A DNA stretch of 64,000 bases from Patescibacteria group bacterium (GCA_028865725.1 JAGWJP010000002.1:104050-168049); one strand, 5' to 3'. Counted from the stretch's first letter, positions 19,183 to 29,181 are shown. Notes: generated by a model not told the origin, from the letters alone. Numbers and translations: made by a program.

Positions 19183-20232
19183 CTAGCCTCTTACCGAATA
19201 GGTACCATCAGCATTCTTTTGGAAATGTTGACGGTTCTGAAGATTCAACAAGATAGTATTTTCTTTTACCAAACGCTGTGCCTTTACCATTTGTGTCAAC
19301 GAATCAGCCTGAAGCGGCCCGTGCTTCGTGAGCAAACTCTGCAGTACGTCACGCACAGTTCCTTCCTCAAACCCCCACTCTTTCAAAGCATACACGCCAC
19401 GCCCCACCAGCACAAAGCGGGGATCCTTAATCAACTCGTTGTGTACGGTAAGAGGATGGCTCTTCTTGGGTGCAAACTTTGCTTCATTAATCACTTGAGT
19501 AATGTGACGAAAGTGCAATGGTTTTGCATGACGCTTTAATACCAAGAACGCCTTGTCACGTGCGCCGCGCGGCGCAATTTCTTTCCATGACACAAGCCCG
19601 AATTCACCAAACACATTCTTGCCAAATAATTTTGAAAGAGAAATCAGGTTGTGGAGATATTCCTCTGAAGCAAGCGCCCCCTTCTTTGAGAACTGTTTGA
19701 AATGATCAGCGATTACGTTTTCGGCCAAAGGATGTTCAACTTCTTCAAGATATCCTTGGAATTTTGCCACCGTATCCTTTGCACGTGCCAATGACGCCGC
19801 ATCGCGATACCATGCAGCGTGAAACTCCTCCGTCTCAGGAAAATGCTTCAATCCAGCCTGTTCAAGAACAAAATAAAAGTAAGGATATAATTGGCGCGCC
19901 TTCTTTGTGTCACCCACTCCAAAATAGGGCGCTACCGCCGCAAGAAAGACATCCTCTTTTGCAATACCACCCTTTCCCGCGAGATACGCGTTAGTTTCTT
20001 TAACAGAGGCCTCAAACACATCAAAGACATTATGTTTTTTTAAGCTCGCAAGTGCCGCCGCCTCGATCTGGCGCACGCGTTCACGAGTAATAGAGTACTC
20101 GTGTCCAATTGCTTCAAGCGTAACAAACTTACCGGTCTTTAATCCGTATCGTTTTTCGAGGATCACCCGAGAGCGTTTGCCAAGCACTCCTAATGCATCC
20201 TGGACTAATTGAGAAAGTGATTTTTTTTCCAT
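19183..20232 (-). CDS. Sigma70 region-4 HTH plus HARE-HTH (RNAP delta-like) protein
   Basis: TLEAIG.EY.ITRERVRQIE; TVHNELIKDPRFVLVGRGVYAL. Confidence 0.85.
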   Translation of the reverse strand: MEKKSLSQLVQDALGVLGKRSRVILEKRYGLKTGKFVTLEAIGHEYSITRERVRQIEAAALASLKKHNVFDVFEASVKETNAYLAGKGGIAKEDVFLAAVAPYFGVGDTKKARQLYPYFYFVLEQAGLKHFPETEEFHAAWYRDAASLARAKDTVAKFQGYLEEVEHPLAENVIADHFKQFSKKGALASEEYLHNLISLSKLFGKNVFGEFGLVSWKEIAPRGARDKAFLVLKRHAKPLHFRHITQVINEAKFAPKKSHPLTVHNELIKDPRFVLVGRGVYALKEWGFEEGTVRDVLQSLLTKHGPLQADSLTQMVKAQRLVKENTILLNLQNRQHFQKNADGTYSVRG

Positions 20233-20523
20233 AATATAAATATTGTTGAGAACACGTGAAAATAACGACCATTATCTTCTCCGCACTCTTTCTTCAAATA
20301 ATATAACACAGACCATTTTTAAAGTCAAACCATTCGCGCGCACGTCTTCCTCAAAATTCCGCGCAATGATTGGCCTCTCTTGGGAAACTCCTAATTCTTT
20401 AATCCGCAAATATACCCCATACACCTTTTAACCACATCTCAAATAAAAAGTAAAGTAATTTTTAGCTCTCTTCTTCTTTCATTATTACTGCCCCATATTT
20501 CTTCTCTTCCTTACCTCAACTTA

Positions 20524-21414
20524 TTACTTTTTCTTCGCTTTGCTATAGGCAATATCGACAAGAATTGGGCTTGCGATGAAAATAGAAGAGTAAGTTCCCG
20601 TGGTGATGCCAATCAAAAGTGTCAGAATAAAATAGCGAAGATTAGGTTCTCCAAAGATGAAGAGGGACAACAATACCAACAACACTGTGAGAGACGTATT
20701 AACGGATCGTGCAAATGTCTCCACCATGCTTCTATTTACGAGTTCTTCAAACGAAATCTTTTCTGTGACGCGGCGTAAATTTTCACGCACGCGATCAAAC
20801 ACCACAATCGTATCATGCACAGAGAACCCCATCACCACAAGCATTGCCACCACAAAATTCGAATCAATTTCGACATGCTTAAAATGTCCTAGGAACGAGA
20901 ACACGCCCGCAGGCACGATCGCATCATGAAATAACGTAAACAAGGTGACAAAGCCATACACCCAGGACGAGAGCGGGCGCGATACTTCGCGAAATGCAAA
21001 TGCAATATACAATGAGATGCCAAATAACACAAAGAGAATCGCCGTCATAGCCTTGCTACGCAACTCATCTGAAATAGCAGGACCAATTACTGCAAATTGC
21101 TCTTCGATGACATCAGGATACGCGCCACGCAATGCGGTAAGAAGCTGTTGGTGCTTCACTTCCGGCACTTCCTCAAAACGAAGCATAAGCTCATCGGTAC
21201 CGAGCGGCTCTGCCGAAACGTAGGGAATCCCCTGCTGTGCAAAGAGGGCGCTAATAGTTTTTATATCCATGTGCTGCGCTTTGACCTGCCATGAGGATCC
21301 ACCCGTAAAATCAATCCCAAGACGAAACCCCCACAACAATAATGCAGCCAGAGACGCAATGATCACTACTCCCGAAATGCTATAATATAGTTTCCTGTGT
21401 CCAATGATATTCAT
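20524..21414 (-). CDS. secF: Protein translocase subunit SecF
   Basis: LGIDFTGG, HD, GFSVHDTIVVFDRVREN, RSVNTS. Confidence 0.96.
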   Translation of the reverse strand: MNIIGHRKLYYSISGVVIIASLAALLLWGFRLGIDFTGGSSWQVKAQHMDIKTISALFAQQGIPYVSAEPLGTDELMLRFEEVPEVKHQQLLTALRGAYPDVIEEQFAVIGPAISDELRSKAMTAILFVLFGISLYIAFAFREVSRPLSSWVYGFVTLFTLFHDAIVPAGVFSFLGHFKHVEIDSNFVVAMLVVMGFSVHDTIVVFDRVRENLRRVTEKISFEELVNRSMVETFARSVNTSLTVLLVLLSLFIFGEPNLRYFILTLLIGITTGTYSSIFIASPILVDIAYSKAKKK

Positions 21415-21431
21415 AGGTCATTAATATGAAG

Positions 21432-22751
21432 TTAGGATTTTAAAAATATCCGAAGCATGCTCCTCGTCACCGTAATGGCAGTAAACATGCTTACGAGTAC
21501 GCCAATAAGGAGTGTCAGTGCAAATCCCTGCACGATAGAAGTCGTAAAAGTATAGAGTACGAGGCTCGTAATAATTGTCGAAACGTTCGAATCGCGAATG
21601 GACGTCCATGCGCGGCGAAATCCTTCCTCAATAGCCTGCGCCCCCGTTCTCCCTCGTTTTCGTTCTTCTTTAATGCGTTCAAAGATCAAGATGTTTGCGT
21701 CTACTGCCATACCGATAGAAAGCACAAATCCCGCAATACCCGCAAGCGTGAGCGTGACGGGGATTGTCTTGAAAATGGCGAGAACAAGCGCGGTATAAAT
21801 CAACAGAGCAAGCGACGCAAAAAACCCAAGGGTACCATAATAAAGAATCATAAACGCAAACACAATAAGAAGACCGATCGCCCCCGCTTTCACGCTGTGC
21901 TGCAACGCACTAGCCCCAAGGCTTGCGCCTACTGTCTGTTGTGCAATAAGGGTAATGGGGACAGGGAGCGCGCCTGCATTGAGATTAGCCGCGAGCTTCT
22001 TAGCTTCATCAAGCGTAAAGTTACCGGAAATCACGGCGGTACCTCCTGAAATTTTCTCTTGCACTACTGGAGCGGAAATAATATTTCCATCAATCGCAAT
22101 AGCGACACGTCTGCCCACATTACGAGCCGTGATATCGCCAAAAAGTTTTGCGCCTTCGCTATTAAATTGAAGCTGGACGGTGGGCTGGAACGTAGTCTTA
22201 TCGAAATCAAGCGATGCGCGGGTGAGATACTTCCCCGTAAGCGCTGTCGGCTCAAACGCATCTGCGCTAAGACTGTCAGTCGATGACGCCGCAGCGGCTT
22301 GCGCGTTTTCTTCCCGGAATTCCAGATACGGAGTTTGGCCGATCGCCTGAATTGCAGCACTGATATCGTTAATCCCCGCAATTTCGACAATCAACCTCCA
22401 TGAATTTCCTATCTTTTGCGTTTCCACGCGCGGTTCGCTTACCCCAAACACATTCACGCGCCGCTCGATCACGTCTTTCAATCCACTCATTGTTGAATCT
22501 TGGTCAGCAGCCGGTACGCTGGATAAATCTGCCTGATATTCCAAATGCGCTCCTCCTGCGACATCAAGCCCCAGGACATAAGGTTTATTCCAAAAATGAG
22601 GTATTGAAACATCTTTGAGCCAGGAAACGTTCTGAATACCCCGCGTCGCGGCATCGGCCCCCTTATCCCACAGAGACGGATAATCATAAAATCCAGCTCC
22701 CACTGCGATAATCACGATTACGATAAAAATAGAAAGATAATGTTTACGCAT
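21432..22751 (-). CDS. secD: Protein translocase subunit SecD
   Basis: LGLDVAGG, RRVNVFGVSEP, GMAVDANILIFERIKEE. Confidence 0.96.
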   Translation of the reverse strand: MRKHYLSIFIVIVIIAVGAGFYDYPSLWDKGADAATRGIQNVSWLKDVSIPHFWNKPYVLGLDVAGGAHLEYQADLSSVPAADQDSTMSGLKDVIERRVNVFGVSEPRVETQKIGNSWRLIVEIAGINDISAAIQAIGQTPYLEFREENAQAAAASSTDSLSADAFEPTALTGKYLTRASLDFDKTTFQPTVQLQFNSEGAKLFGDITARNVGRRVAIAIDGNIISAPVVQEKISGGTAVISGNFTLDEAKKLAANLNAGALPVPITLIAQQTVGASLGASALQHSVKAGAIGLLIVFAFMILYYGTLGFFASLALLIYTALVLAIFKTIPVTLTLAGIAGFVLSIGMAVDANILIFERIKEERKRGRTGAQAIEEGFRRAWTSIRDSNVSTIITSLVLYTFTTSIVQGFALTLLIGVLVSMFTAITVTRSMLRIFLKS

Positions 22752-22860
22752 AGAAATAATAAAAATTCAAAATGTACAATTCACAACACCACAGGCAAAA
22801 ACTTAAAAAAATAAATGTACTTATCTTGTTTGCCTCATTCATCCGCATTATGCGGACTCA

Positions 22861-22988
22861 TGTGCCCCCAGTAGGCTCGGTCACAAGTTTGCCTTCGGGC
22901 AACTCGCGACCCCGCCTCCCCGCCCCGGGCAGGTCCGGCTTTCGAGTCCAAACGTGAGTGAAATCATTCACTCACTCTGTGTGCACTC
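22861..22988 (-). repeat. tRNA-trailer structured element, copy 1, ending in a duplicated tRNA-Lys 3' end
   Basis: tgtgcccccagtagg at 22861 and 22989; core blocks identical to those at 60928-61002. Confidence 0.85.
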
Positions 22989-22990
22989 TG

Positions 22991-23063
22991 TGCCCCCAGT
23001 AGGACTCGAACCTACGACCGTTTGCTTAAAAGGCAACTGCTCTACCAACTGAGCTATAGGGGC
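22991..23063 (-). tRNA. tRNA-Lys (UUU)
   Basis: Cloverleaf GCCCCTA..TAGCTCAGTTGGTAGAGC..CTTTTAA..GGTTCGAGTCC..GGGGGCA; CCA not encoded. Confidence 0.96.
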
Positions 23064-23206
23064 ATTCACATTTTGTAGACATTCTGTGCATTATTGTACG
23101 GAATATTTTGAAAAAAAACAAGATTCTGTGACATAAAGTATGAGGCATGGAAAAAATAAAAAAGCCGCTCGGTGATTCCGAAAACGGCTTATACCCAAAA
23201 AATTAA

Positions 23207-24142
23207 TTAATGCCCATCGGGATGCAAAACCTCATTCAGCTCTCCATCCCTATCATGCGCATCCGCAACAGCCCTTGCGACACTTGCCTGCGTTGATTTG
23301 CAGGTACGCACAAGCGCATCAAGATCTTGATCTTCATGATCATCGTGCTGCGTCCCCGCCAGCTTTTCAAGCAAACTCATCAACGCGTGATTACTCCTCG
23401 CCGCAATCAATTCTTCCTTCATCCTACAAAGAAGCTGTTCGGCTCTCTGAATCACACCACGGAATGTCGCGAAATAATGCGTTCGCCCGAGGTCGCTGTC
23501 GATCACGAGTCCATACGTATTCTCGTAACTCGTCAAATAATCCACGATCATCTGGACTACCTCGACCAAGCGCGCGCGAATCGCGATCGCCTCTTCTCGA
23601 GAAATACTCTCGTCAAGCAAAAGATCAATCACCATTTTACCGAGCTCGCCCGGCACATCGCCGAGACCGTGAAGCCGCGTCTGAGGACGCATTTCAAGAT
23701 CTTCCGCCGAAGGAACCGCCCCCGGCTCACGCTTATCACCCTTAATATAAGGCCATGTGGCCTCAACCGCAAAAAACTCAATCAGTTCCTGCCCAGCCTT
23801 GCTCGTAAACTCGGTAAACTTCGAATTCGGCACATGAAGACTCAAAATCCTGTCCCAACACGCACGCATGGTATTTTTGTGCGTTTCAAGATTATCCTCA
23901 TCGCCTCTCTTCAAGGCATTGATCGCACTCTTCGAGGCAAGATTATGCTCCGTGAGATTTTGATATCCTTGCCCAATACTTCTCCGAAGCTTTTCAAAAA
24001 GATCCGCGAGGGAAACTTCCTCACCCCTTAACTGCTCACGATCATTTCTCAACGATTCTCTAAAATAATTCACTTTTTCCTTTTCCTTTCTTTTCAATAT
24101 CGCACCCATAGGATACGACGTTCTGGTGGTCATATACCACAA
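23207..24142 (-). CDS. Translin/TRAX (C3PO)-family protein
   Basis: SKSAINALKRGD, QELIE, PS.EDL, GLGDVPGEL motifs; start uncertain. Confidence 0.7.
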   Translation of the reverse strand: MWYMTTRTSYPMGAILKRKEKEKVNYFRESLRNDREQLRGEEVSLADLFEKLRRSIGQGYQNLTEHNLASKSAINALKRGDEDNLETHKNTMRACWDRILSLHVPNSKFTEFTSKAGQELIEFFAVEATWPYIKGDKREPGAVPSAEDLEMRPQTRLHGLGDVPGELGKMVIDLLLDESISREEAIAIRARLVEVVQMIVDYLTSYENTYGLVIDSDLGRTHYFATFRGVIQRAEQLLCRMKEELIAARSNHALMSLLEKLAGTQHDDHEDQDLDALVRTCKSTQASVARAVADAHDRDGELNEVLHPDGH

Positions 24143-24217
24143 AACATAGAATCATGTCAAATTTTGGGTTTGTTTTGCCTCCAAACAAAAAACCCCGCAG
24201 AAACGGGGCTTTTTGTC

Positions 24218-24412
24218 TTAGCGCTGGAAATCACGACGTGGGGGGCGTGACTGCGCGTGATTTGCACGAAAGCAATCACTGCAATACACCGGTCGGTCTC
24301 CTCGTGGCTGAAAAGGAACTTCCGTATCCTTTCCGCAATCGGCGCATTTCGCCGGGTACATCGGACGATCCCCTCGGTTGTAGCCACCTCCACGATTGTT
24401 ATCTGAAAACAT
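24218..24412 (-). CDS. CxxC-x17-CxxC zinc-ribbon protein
   Basis: MYPAKCADCGKDTEVPFQPRGDRPVYCSDCF. Confidence 0.9.
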   Translation of the reverse strand: MFSDNNRGGGYNRGDRPMYPAKCADCGKDTEVPFQPRGDRPVYCSDCFRANHAQSRPPRRDFQR

Positions 24413-24604
24413 GGATTATGTTCTCACAATATTTAAAAACGAGAACAAAAACGTTGAGCCTTTTATGCATTGCGAAAGAATCCCGCCGCAATGCATCTCC
24501 TTTTATATCCACAAAAGGAAGGTCCACTTACTATTCTATTTTCTTACATTGAGAGTCCGTTAAGACCTTTGATCTTCGCCTCTGCGAGGCACTAGATACC
24601 ACAA

Positions 24605-24633
24605 AGTTTACCCCAGGAATCTCGCAAAGTCAA
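24605..24633 (-). promoter_or_regulatory. Sigma70-like promoter of the CxxC-x17-CxxC gene, giving a ~185-nt leader
   Basis: TTGACT-17 nt-TAAACT on the minus strand. Confidence 0.5.
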
Positions 24634-24667
24634 ACCCACCTATTTGAGCCTGAACTGCCTGCGTTAT

Positions 24668-25369
24668 CTAGTGCACTGTACGCCACTCATCTATCTTTTT
24701 TGGATCACCGGAAAATAGTATGTCGGGCACATCCCACGAAACTCCCTTCTTCGGAGAAAACTCGCGAGGACGCGTATACACCGCGTAGCCTTTCACCGCA
24801 CGGGTCTCTTCAATTGATTCTTCGTTTCCTAAAACTCCCGGCACAAGGCGCGTCACTGCGTCGACAACTGCCATTGCGGGGACTTCGCCGCCGGAGAGTA
24901 CGTAATTTCCCACAGAAATAACATCAGTCGATAAAAACTCTTTCACGCGCTCGTCGATTCCTTCATAATGCCCACAAATAAGAATAATGTGCGCGGAGTG
25001 GCGTCGTGTTGTTGCGCCTGAAATAAAAGAGTGTGCTTTTTCCTGAGTAAAGAGTTCGCCCTTAGTATCAAAAAACACGATGCGCCATTTTTGCGTGTCT
25101 ACTGCAATCCTTCCTTTCGTGTCGAGCTTAAAATCCTTTTTCATGATGTGTCGAATGGTGTGTGTTAAAGGCTCTACCATCATCACCATACCCGGACCGC
25201 CTCCAAAAGGACGATCGTCTACCTTGTGATGCCGATCACTCGAAAAATCACGCACATTGTGCACGACAATCTTCACCCGCTTTTCCTCTTGTGCACGCTT
25301 CAAAATAGAGGAATCAAAATATCCCTTCACCCCTTCAGGAAATATGGTAATCACATGAAAAATAAGCAT
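24668..25369 (-). CDS. trmD: tRNA (guanine-N1)-methyltransferase
   Basis: VDDRPFGGGPGMVM, CGHYEGIDERV, SVGNYVLSGGE. Confidence 0.97.
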   Translation of the reverse strand: MLIFHVITIFPEGVKGYFDSSILKRAQEEKRVKIVVHNVRDFSSDRHHKVDDRPFGGGPGMVMMVEPLTHTIRHIMKKDFKLDTKGRIAVDTQKWRIVFFDTKGELFTQEKAHSFISGATTRRHSAHIILICGHYEGIDERVKEFLSTDVISVGNYVLSGGEVPAMAVVDAVTRLVPGVLGNEESIEETRAVKGYAVYTRPREFSPKKGVSWDVPDILFSGDPKKIDEWRTVH

Positions 25370-25401
25370 AAGCAAAATATAAATTTTGGGCAACTTAGAC
25401 C

Positions 25402-25938
25402 TTAGACGCGCGAAGACTCCGAATACCACGCGTGCTTCATACACACCACGGAAATCCATGCTACCACACCTCCCGCAATGATGTCACTCATATAATGTAC
25501 GCCGAGTACCACGCGGGAAAGAGCAATGCTCGCCGCGAACACAAAATACCACGCTCCTATTTTCCTGTGGAGTACATACATCCCTCCTGCAAGTGCGCCA
25601 TAAAACGCAGCGTGCCCCGAGGGAAACGAGGCCGAAAGAGGAGGAGGAATAATTAAATGAAGAGAGGAAATGGCGAGAAACGGACGCGGGCGATGCCATA
25701 CCAGACGAATCCCTTCCGTAATAATCAAACGTGAAAGGAGCGCAGACAAGGAAAGAAAAAGAAAAGCACGTATCCCCTCTCCTTTCTTGTATGATTGGTA
25801 GGAATACCAAAGCGCGCCTATAATAAGCAGATAACCCAAGTCATTAGTAATAAACACAAGAAGTGCATTCATAAATGACGTACGGTTCACGAACCCATTC
25901 AGATATTCTACTATCGCGATATCAGAATACATAAACAA
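25402..25938 (-). CDS. PAP2-family phosphatase (undecaprenyl-diphosphatase-like)
   Basis: RPRP, SFPSGH, SRV.LGVHY.SD. Confidence 0.9.
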   Translation of the reverse strand: MFMYSDIAIVEYLNGFVNRTSFMNALLVFITNDLGYLLIIGALWYSYQSYKKGEGIRAFLFLSLSALLSRLIITEGIRLVWHRPRPFLAISSLHLIIPPPLSASFPSGHAAFYGALAGGMYVLHRKIGAWYFVFAASIALSRVVLGVHYMSDIIAGGVVAWISVVCMKHAWYSESSRV

Positions 25939-25957
25939 ATCGTTTTTTCATACACCA

Positions 25958-26009
25958 GAGATCCCCGCCTTGCCGAGTCGGGGCAAGCTTCGCGTTCCTC
26001 AGGATGACA
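25958..26009. repeat. REP-like palindromic repeat remnant after leuS
   Basis: gagatcc..cttgcc/ggcaag hairpin..tcaggatgaca. Confidence 0.4.
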
Positions 26010-26011
26010 AA

Positions 26012-28435
26012 CTATTTGATAACAAAGTTGATAAGTTTATCGGGAACATACACTACGCGCACAATTGTTTTTCCTTCTAAGTACTGCGAAACGTGTCCTG
26101 CGCGTTTTGCAGTCTCGATATTTGCGTCTTTCGTGCTTCCACGTGAAGTCTCAAATGACCCACGCATTTTTCCGTTCACCTGAATCACAATTGATACCAA
26201 TTCCTCCTCTAAACGCGCGGCGTCGTACTGAGGCCAGGTTTCTCGGTGAACAGAAGTGGTGTGCCCTTGTGTATGCCATAACTCCTCGCTCATGTGAGGC
26301 GCAAACGGTGCCAAAATATGCAAGAAACTATTCCACGCCTCCTGCGGTACTATATCCGCCTTATAACACTCATTCGTAAAAATCATAAGCGCAGAAATAG
26401 CGGTATTAAAACTCATTGATTCGATATCTTCCGTTACTTTTTTTATCGTCTTCTGAAGAAGCCGCGTAATACTCTCATTCTCACCCCGCCCCACAGACCC
26501 TTTCTGCGCGATATCCCACACTTTCCCTAAGAAACGATGTGCTCCATTTAACCCACGCTCGTCCCAAGGAATCGCCTGATCAAAGGGCCCCATAAACATT
26601 TCATAAATGCGCAAGGCATCTGCGCCAACAATATCTACCACGGTATCTGGATTTACCACATTGCCACGAGACTTCGACATCTTTTCTCCTCCTGAGGCTA
26701 ACACGATACCGTGCGATGTTCTTTTTTGATACGCCTCGCTTACCGGGGAAACACCAATATCATACAAAAACTTGTTCCAAAAACGTGAATAAAGAAGATG
26801 GAGCGTGGTGTGTTCCATGCCACCGTTATACCAATCAACGGGCATCCAATGCGTAAGCTTCTCTTTGTCTGCGAGACTGTTTGCGTTATGCGGATCAACG
26901 TAGCGCAAAAAGTACCAGCTTGAGCCTGCCCAGTTCGGCATCGTGTCTGTTTCGCGCTTAGCGCTACCGCCACAAACGGGACATGATACATTTACCCAAT
27001 CCGTCATTGATGCAAGGGGAGACTCCCCAGTGTCTGTAGGTTCGTATCGTTCAACTTCAGGAAGTTCCAGAGGCAAATCGTCCTCCGAAACAGGCTGCCA
27101 GCCACACGCATCACAATGAATCATGGGAATCGGCTCTCCCCAATATCGTTGTCGAGAAAATACCCAATCACGAAGCTTGTAGGTGGTATGAGGCTCCGCG
27201 CTCCCCTTCTCTTTCAGCCACTCAATAATCTTTGGACGCGCCTCACTTGAGGTCATCCCATCAAATCGCTGAGAGTGAATAAGTATCCCCTCACCTTCGA
27301 AACACACCTCAAGATTCTCTACTTGTGGCGCCAGGTCTTTATCGTCCGGAACAATAGAGGTTTTAAGAGGAATATTATATTTCTTCGCAAGCTCAAAATC
27401 ACGCGCATCATGCGCATCAGCAAATACCGCACCCGTGCCATAATGCGCAAGCACAAAATCTGCAACCCACACAGGCATCTCCTCCCCTGTTGCCGGGTTA
27501 GTAACATGTATACCACGAAGAGCAATGCCGCTTACGGGACGCTCAAAGGACGTTCTCTCGATATCACTTATATTACGCACCTCGGCACAATATTGCTCCA
27601 CCTCATCCCAGTTTGTAATTGAACCCTTCAGATCCTCAATCATGGGGTGTTCTGGTGCCAACACCACATACGTTCCTGAAAAAATAGTATCGATACGAGT
27701 CGTAAATACTTCGATACAGTGCTCGCTTCCTACTACAGGGAATTTCACGAGCGCGCCTGCTGAGGGGCCAATCCAGTTGCGTTGTCCTGTTTTTGCGGCA
27801 GGAATATAATCAACGCTATCTAAATCATCATAAAGGCGCTGCGCATACTGAGTAATCGCAAGCATCCATTGTTCTTTCTCTTTTTTCTCTACCGCAGTAC
27901 CGCAGCGCTCGCACGCTCCCCCAATTACCTCTTCGTTCGCAAGCCCAATCTTGTCTTTAGGACACCAGTTAATCGCCATCTTCGCCTTATATGCCAAGCC
28001 TTTTTTATAAAGCTGCAAAAAAATCCATTGCGTCCATTTATAGTATGTAGGGTCTGTGGTGTTTACCTCTCGATCCCAGTCAAACGAAAACCCAAGCGAC
28101 TTCAACTGCCGCCTGAAGGTATCCGTATTTTTCTTGGTAATTATTTTGGGGTGAATACCAGTCTTAATCGCATAATTTTCTGTCGGTAATCCAAATGCAT
28201 CCCATCCAAATGGATATAGTACGTTAAACCCCTGCATTCTACGCTTACGCGCAATAACATCCAATCCTGTATAAGGCCTAATATGCCCCACATGAAGCCC
28301 CTCGCCAGAAGGATAAGGAAACTCGACCAGCGCATAATATTTAGGCTTAGAGGAGGTATCATCTGCTCTGTAGATTTTCGACTCCTCCCACTTCTTCTGC
28401 CATTTTTTTTCTATTAGTTTATGATTGTAATTCAT
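26012..28435 (-). CDS. leuS: Leucine--tRNA ligase
   Basis: FPYPSG.GLHVGH, FTTR editing domain, KMSKS, QVNGK. Confidence 0.98.
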   Translation of the reverse strand: MNYNHKLIEKKWQKKWEESKIYRADDTSSKPKYYALVEFPYPSGEGLHVGHIRPYTGLDVIARKRRMQGFNVLYPFGWDAFGLPTENYAIKTGIHPKIITKKNTDTFRRQLKSLGFSFDWDREVNTTDPTYYKWTQWIFLQLYKKGLAYKAKMAINWCPKDKIGLANEEVIGGACERCGTAVEKKEKEQWMLAITQYAQRLYDDLDSVDYIPAAKTGQRNWIGPSAGALVKFPVVGSEHCIEVFTTRIDTIFSGTYVVLAPEHPMIEDLKGSITNWDEVEQYCAEVRNISDIERTSFERPVSGIALRGIHVTNPATGEEMPVWVADFVLAHYGTGAVFADAHDARDFELAKKYNIPLKTSIVPDDKDLAPQVENLEVCFEGEGILIHSQRFDGMTSSEARPKIIEWLKEKGSAEPHTTYKLRDWVFSRQRYWGEPIPMIHCDACGWQPVSEDDLPLELPEVERYEPTDTGESPLASMTDWVNVSCPVCGGSAKRETDTMPNWAGSSWYFLRYVDPHNANSLADKEKLTHWMPVDWYNGGMEHTTLHLLYSRFWNKFLYDIGVSPVSEAYQKRTSHGIVLASGGEKMSKSRGNVVNPDTVVDIVGADALRIYEMFMGPFDQAIPWDERGLNGAHRFLGKVWDIAQKGSVGRGENESITRLLQKTIKKVTEDIESMSFNTAISALMIFTNECYKADIVPQEAWNSFLHILAPFAPHMSEELWHTQGHTTSVHRETWPQYDAARLEEELVSIVIQVNGKMRGSFETSRGSTKDANIETAKRAGHVSQYLEGKTIVRVVYVPDKLINFVIK

Positions 28436-28524
28436 AGTGCATCATCGAATACCGCTTCTATTAGGGTATCAAAATCACGGCAAAATACAAAAAATCACCG
28501 GAACGCCGGTGAAATAGTGAGACG

Positions 28525-29181
28525 CTATAGTACTTTTTCTTTAAAAAGTGCTTCGCGCACTCGTTTTCCTGCATCGGTAAGGCTGTAAAAATACCGAATA
28601 ATCGGCTTAGGACATGAAGGTGTCGTTCCATATCGCGTCTCTGCATGAACAAGTAACTCCACGTACATCTTTCCGAGCTCCTCTAGTACCTCATTTCTTT
28701 TCAGATTCGTCAAGCATGCACATATGCTATCCAGATCCATATACTCCTTATCAGAAAGTACGTTGAGAAGCGCGCGTGCGGAACCATATTCTTCAGGACA
28801 GGCCTGAAATTTCTTCAGGATCACAAGAATCGACAATGAGACCCGAGCATTCTCGACAACCTCCATGACAGTATCGCACTCACGTGCCACATCTCGAAGA
28901 TAATTATCCGCGGAGTTATAAAACCTCTGCAAAAATGGTTTCAATGGGTCATACGCAGCTAAAAATTCATCTAACGCCTTCAAGTCTCCTTGTGCGAGAC
29001 GAAAATGCATGATGCCCAACGCCTCAAAAAGATAGTGTTTGTAGACGGGGGGGTCGCTTGCGTTAAAATCTCGTCGTGTAACTTCTTGAATCAAACCCTC
29101 GATTAACGCCGAAATCGTTGCGGACGTCTCCGCGACCATGCGCGCTTTTTGCGCAAGTAAAGTGAAATTCTCATCATTCAT
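28525..29181 (-). CDS. Hypothetical protein with C-terminal winged-helix-like segment
   Basis: AGAGGT before ATG 29181; YSLTDAGK wing motif. Confidence 0.6.
   Translation of the reverse strand: MNDENFTLLAQKARMVAETSATISALIEGLIQEVTRRDFNASDPPVYKHYLFEALGIMHFRLAQGDLKALDEFLAAYDPLKPFLQRFYNSADNYLRDVARECDTVMEVVENARVSLSILVILKKFQACPEEYGSARALLNVLSDKEYMDLDSICACLTNLKRNEVLEELGKMYVELLVHAETRYGTTPSCPKPIIRYFYSLTDAGKRVREALFKEKVL

Noticed and set aside
22861-22949. tRNA-trailer element as an HDV-like (theta) ribozyme or as a second tRNA
   Set aside because: I could not build the nested double pseudoknot, it does not start at the tRNA 3' end, and it has no D or anticodon arms. Not excluded without a covariance search.
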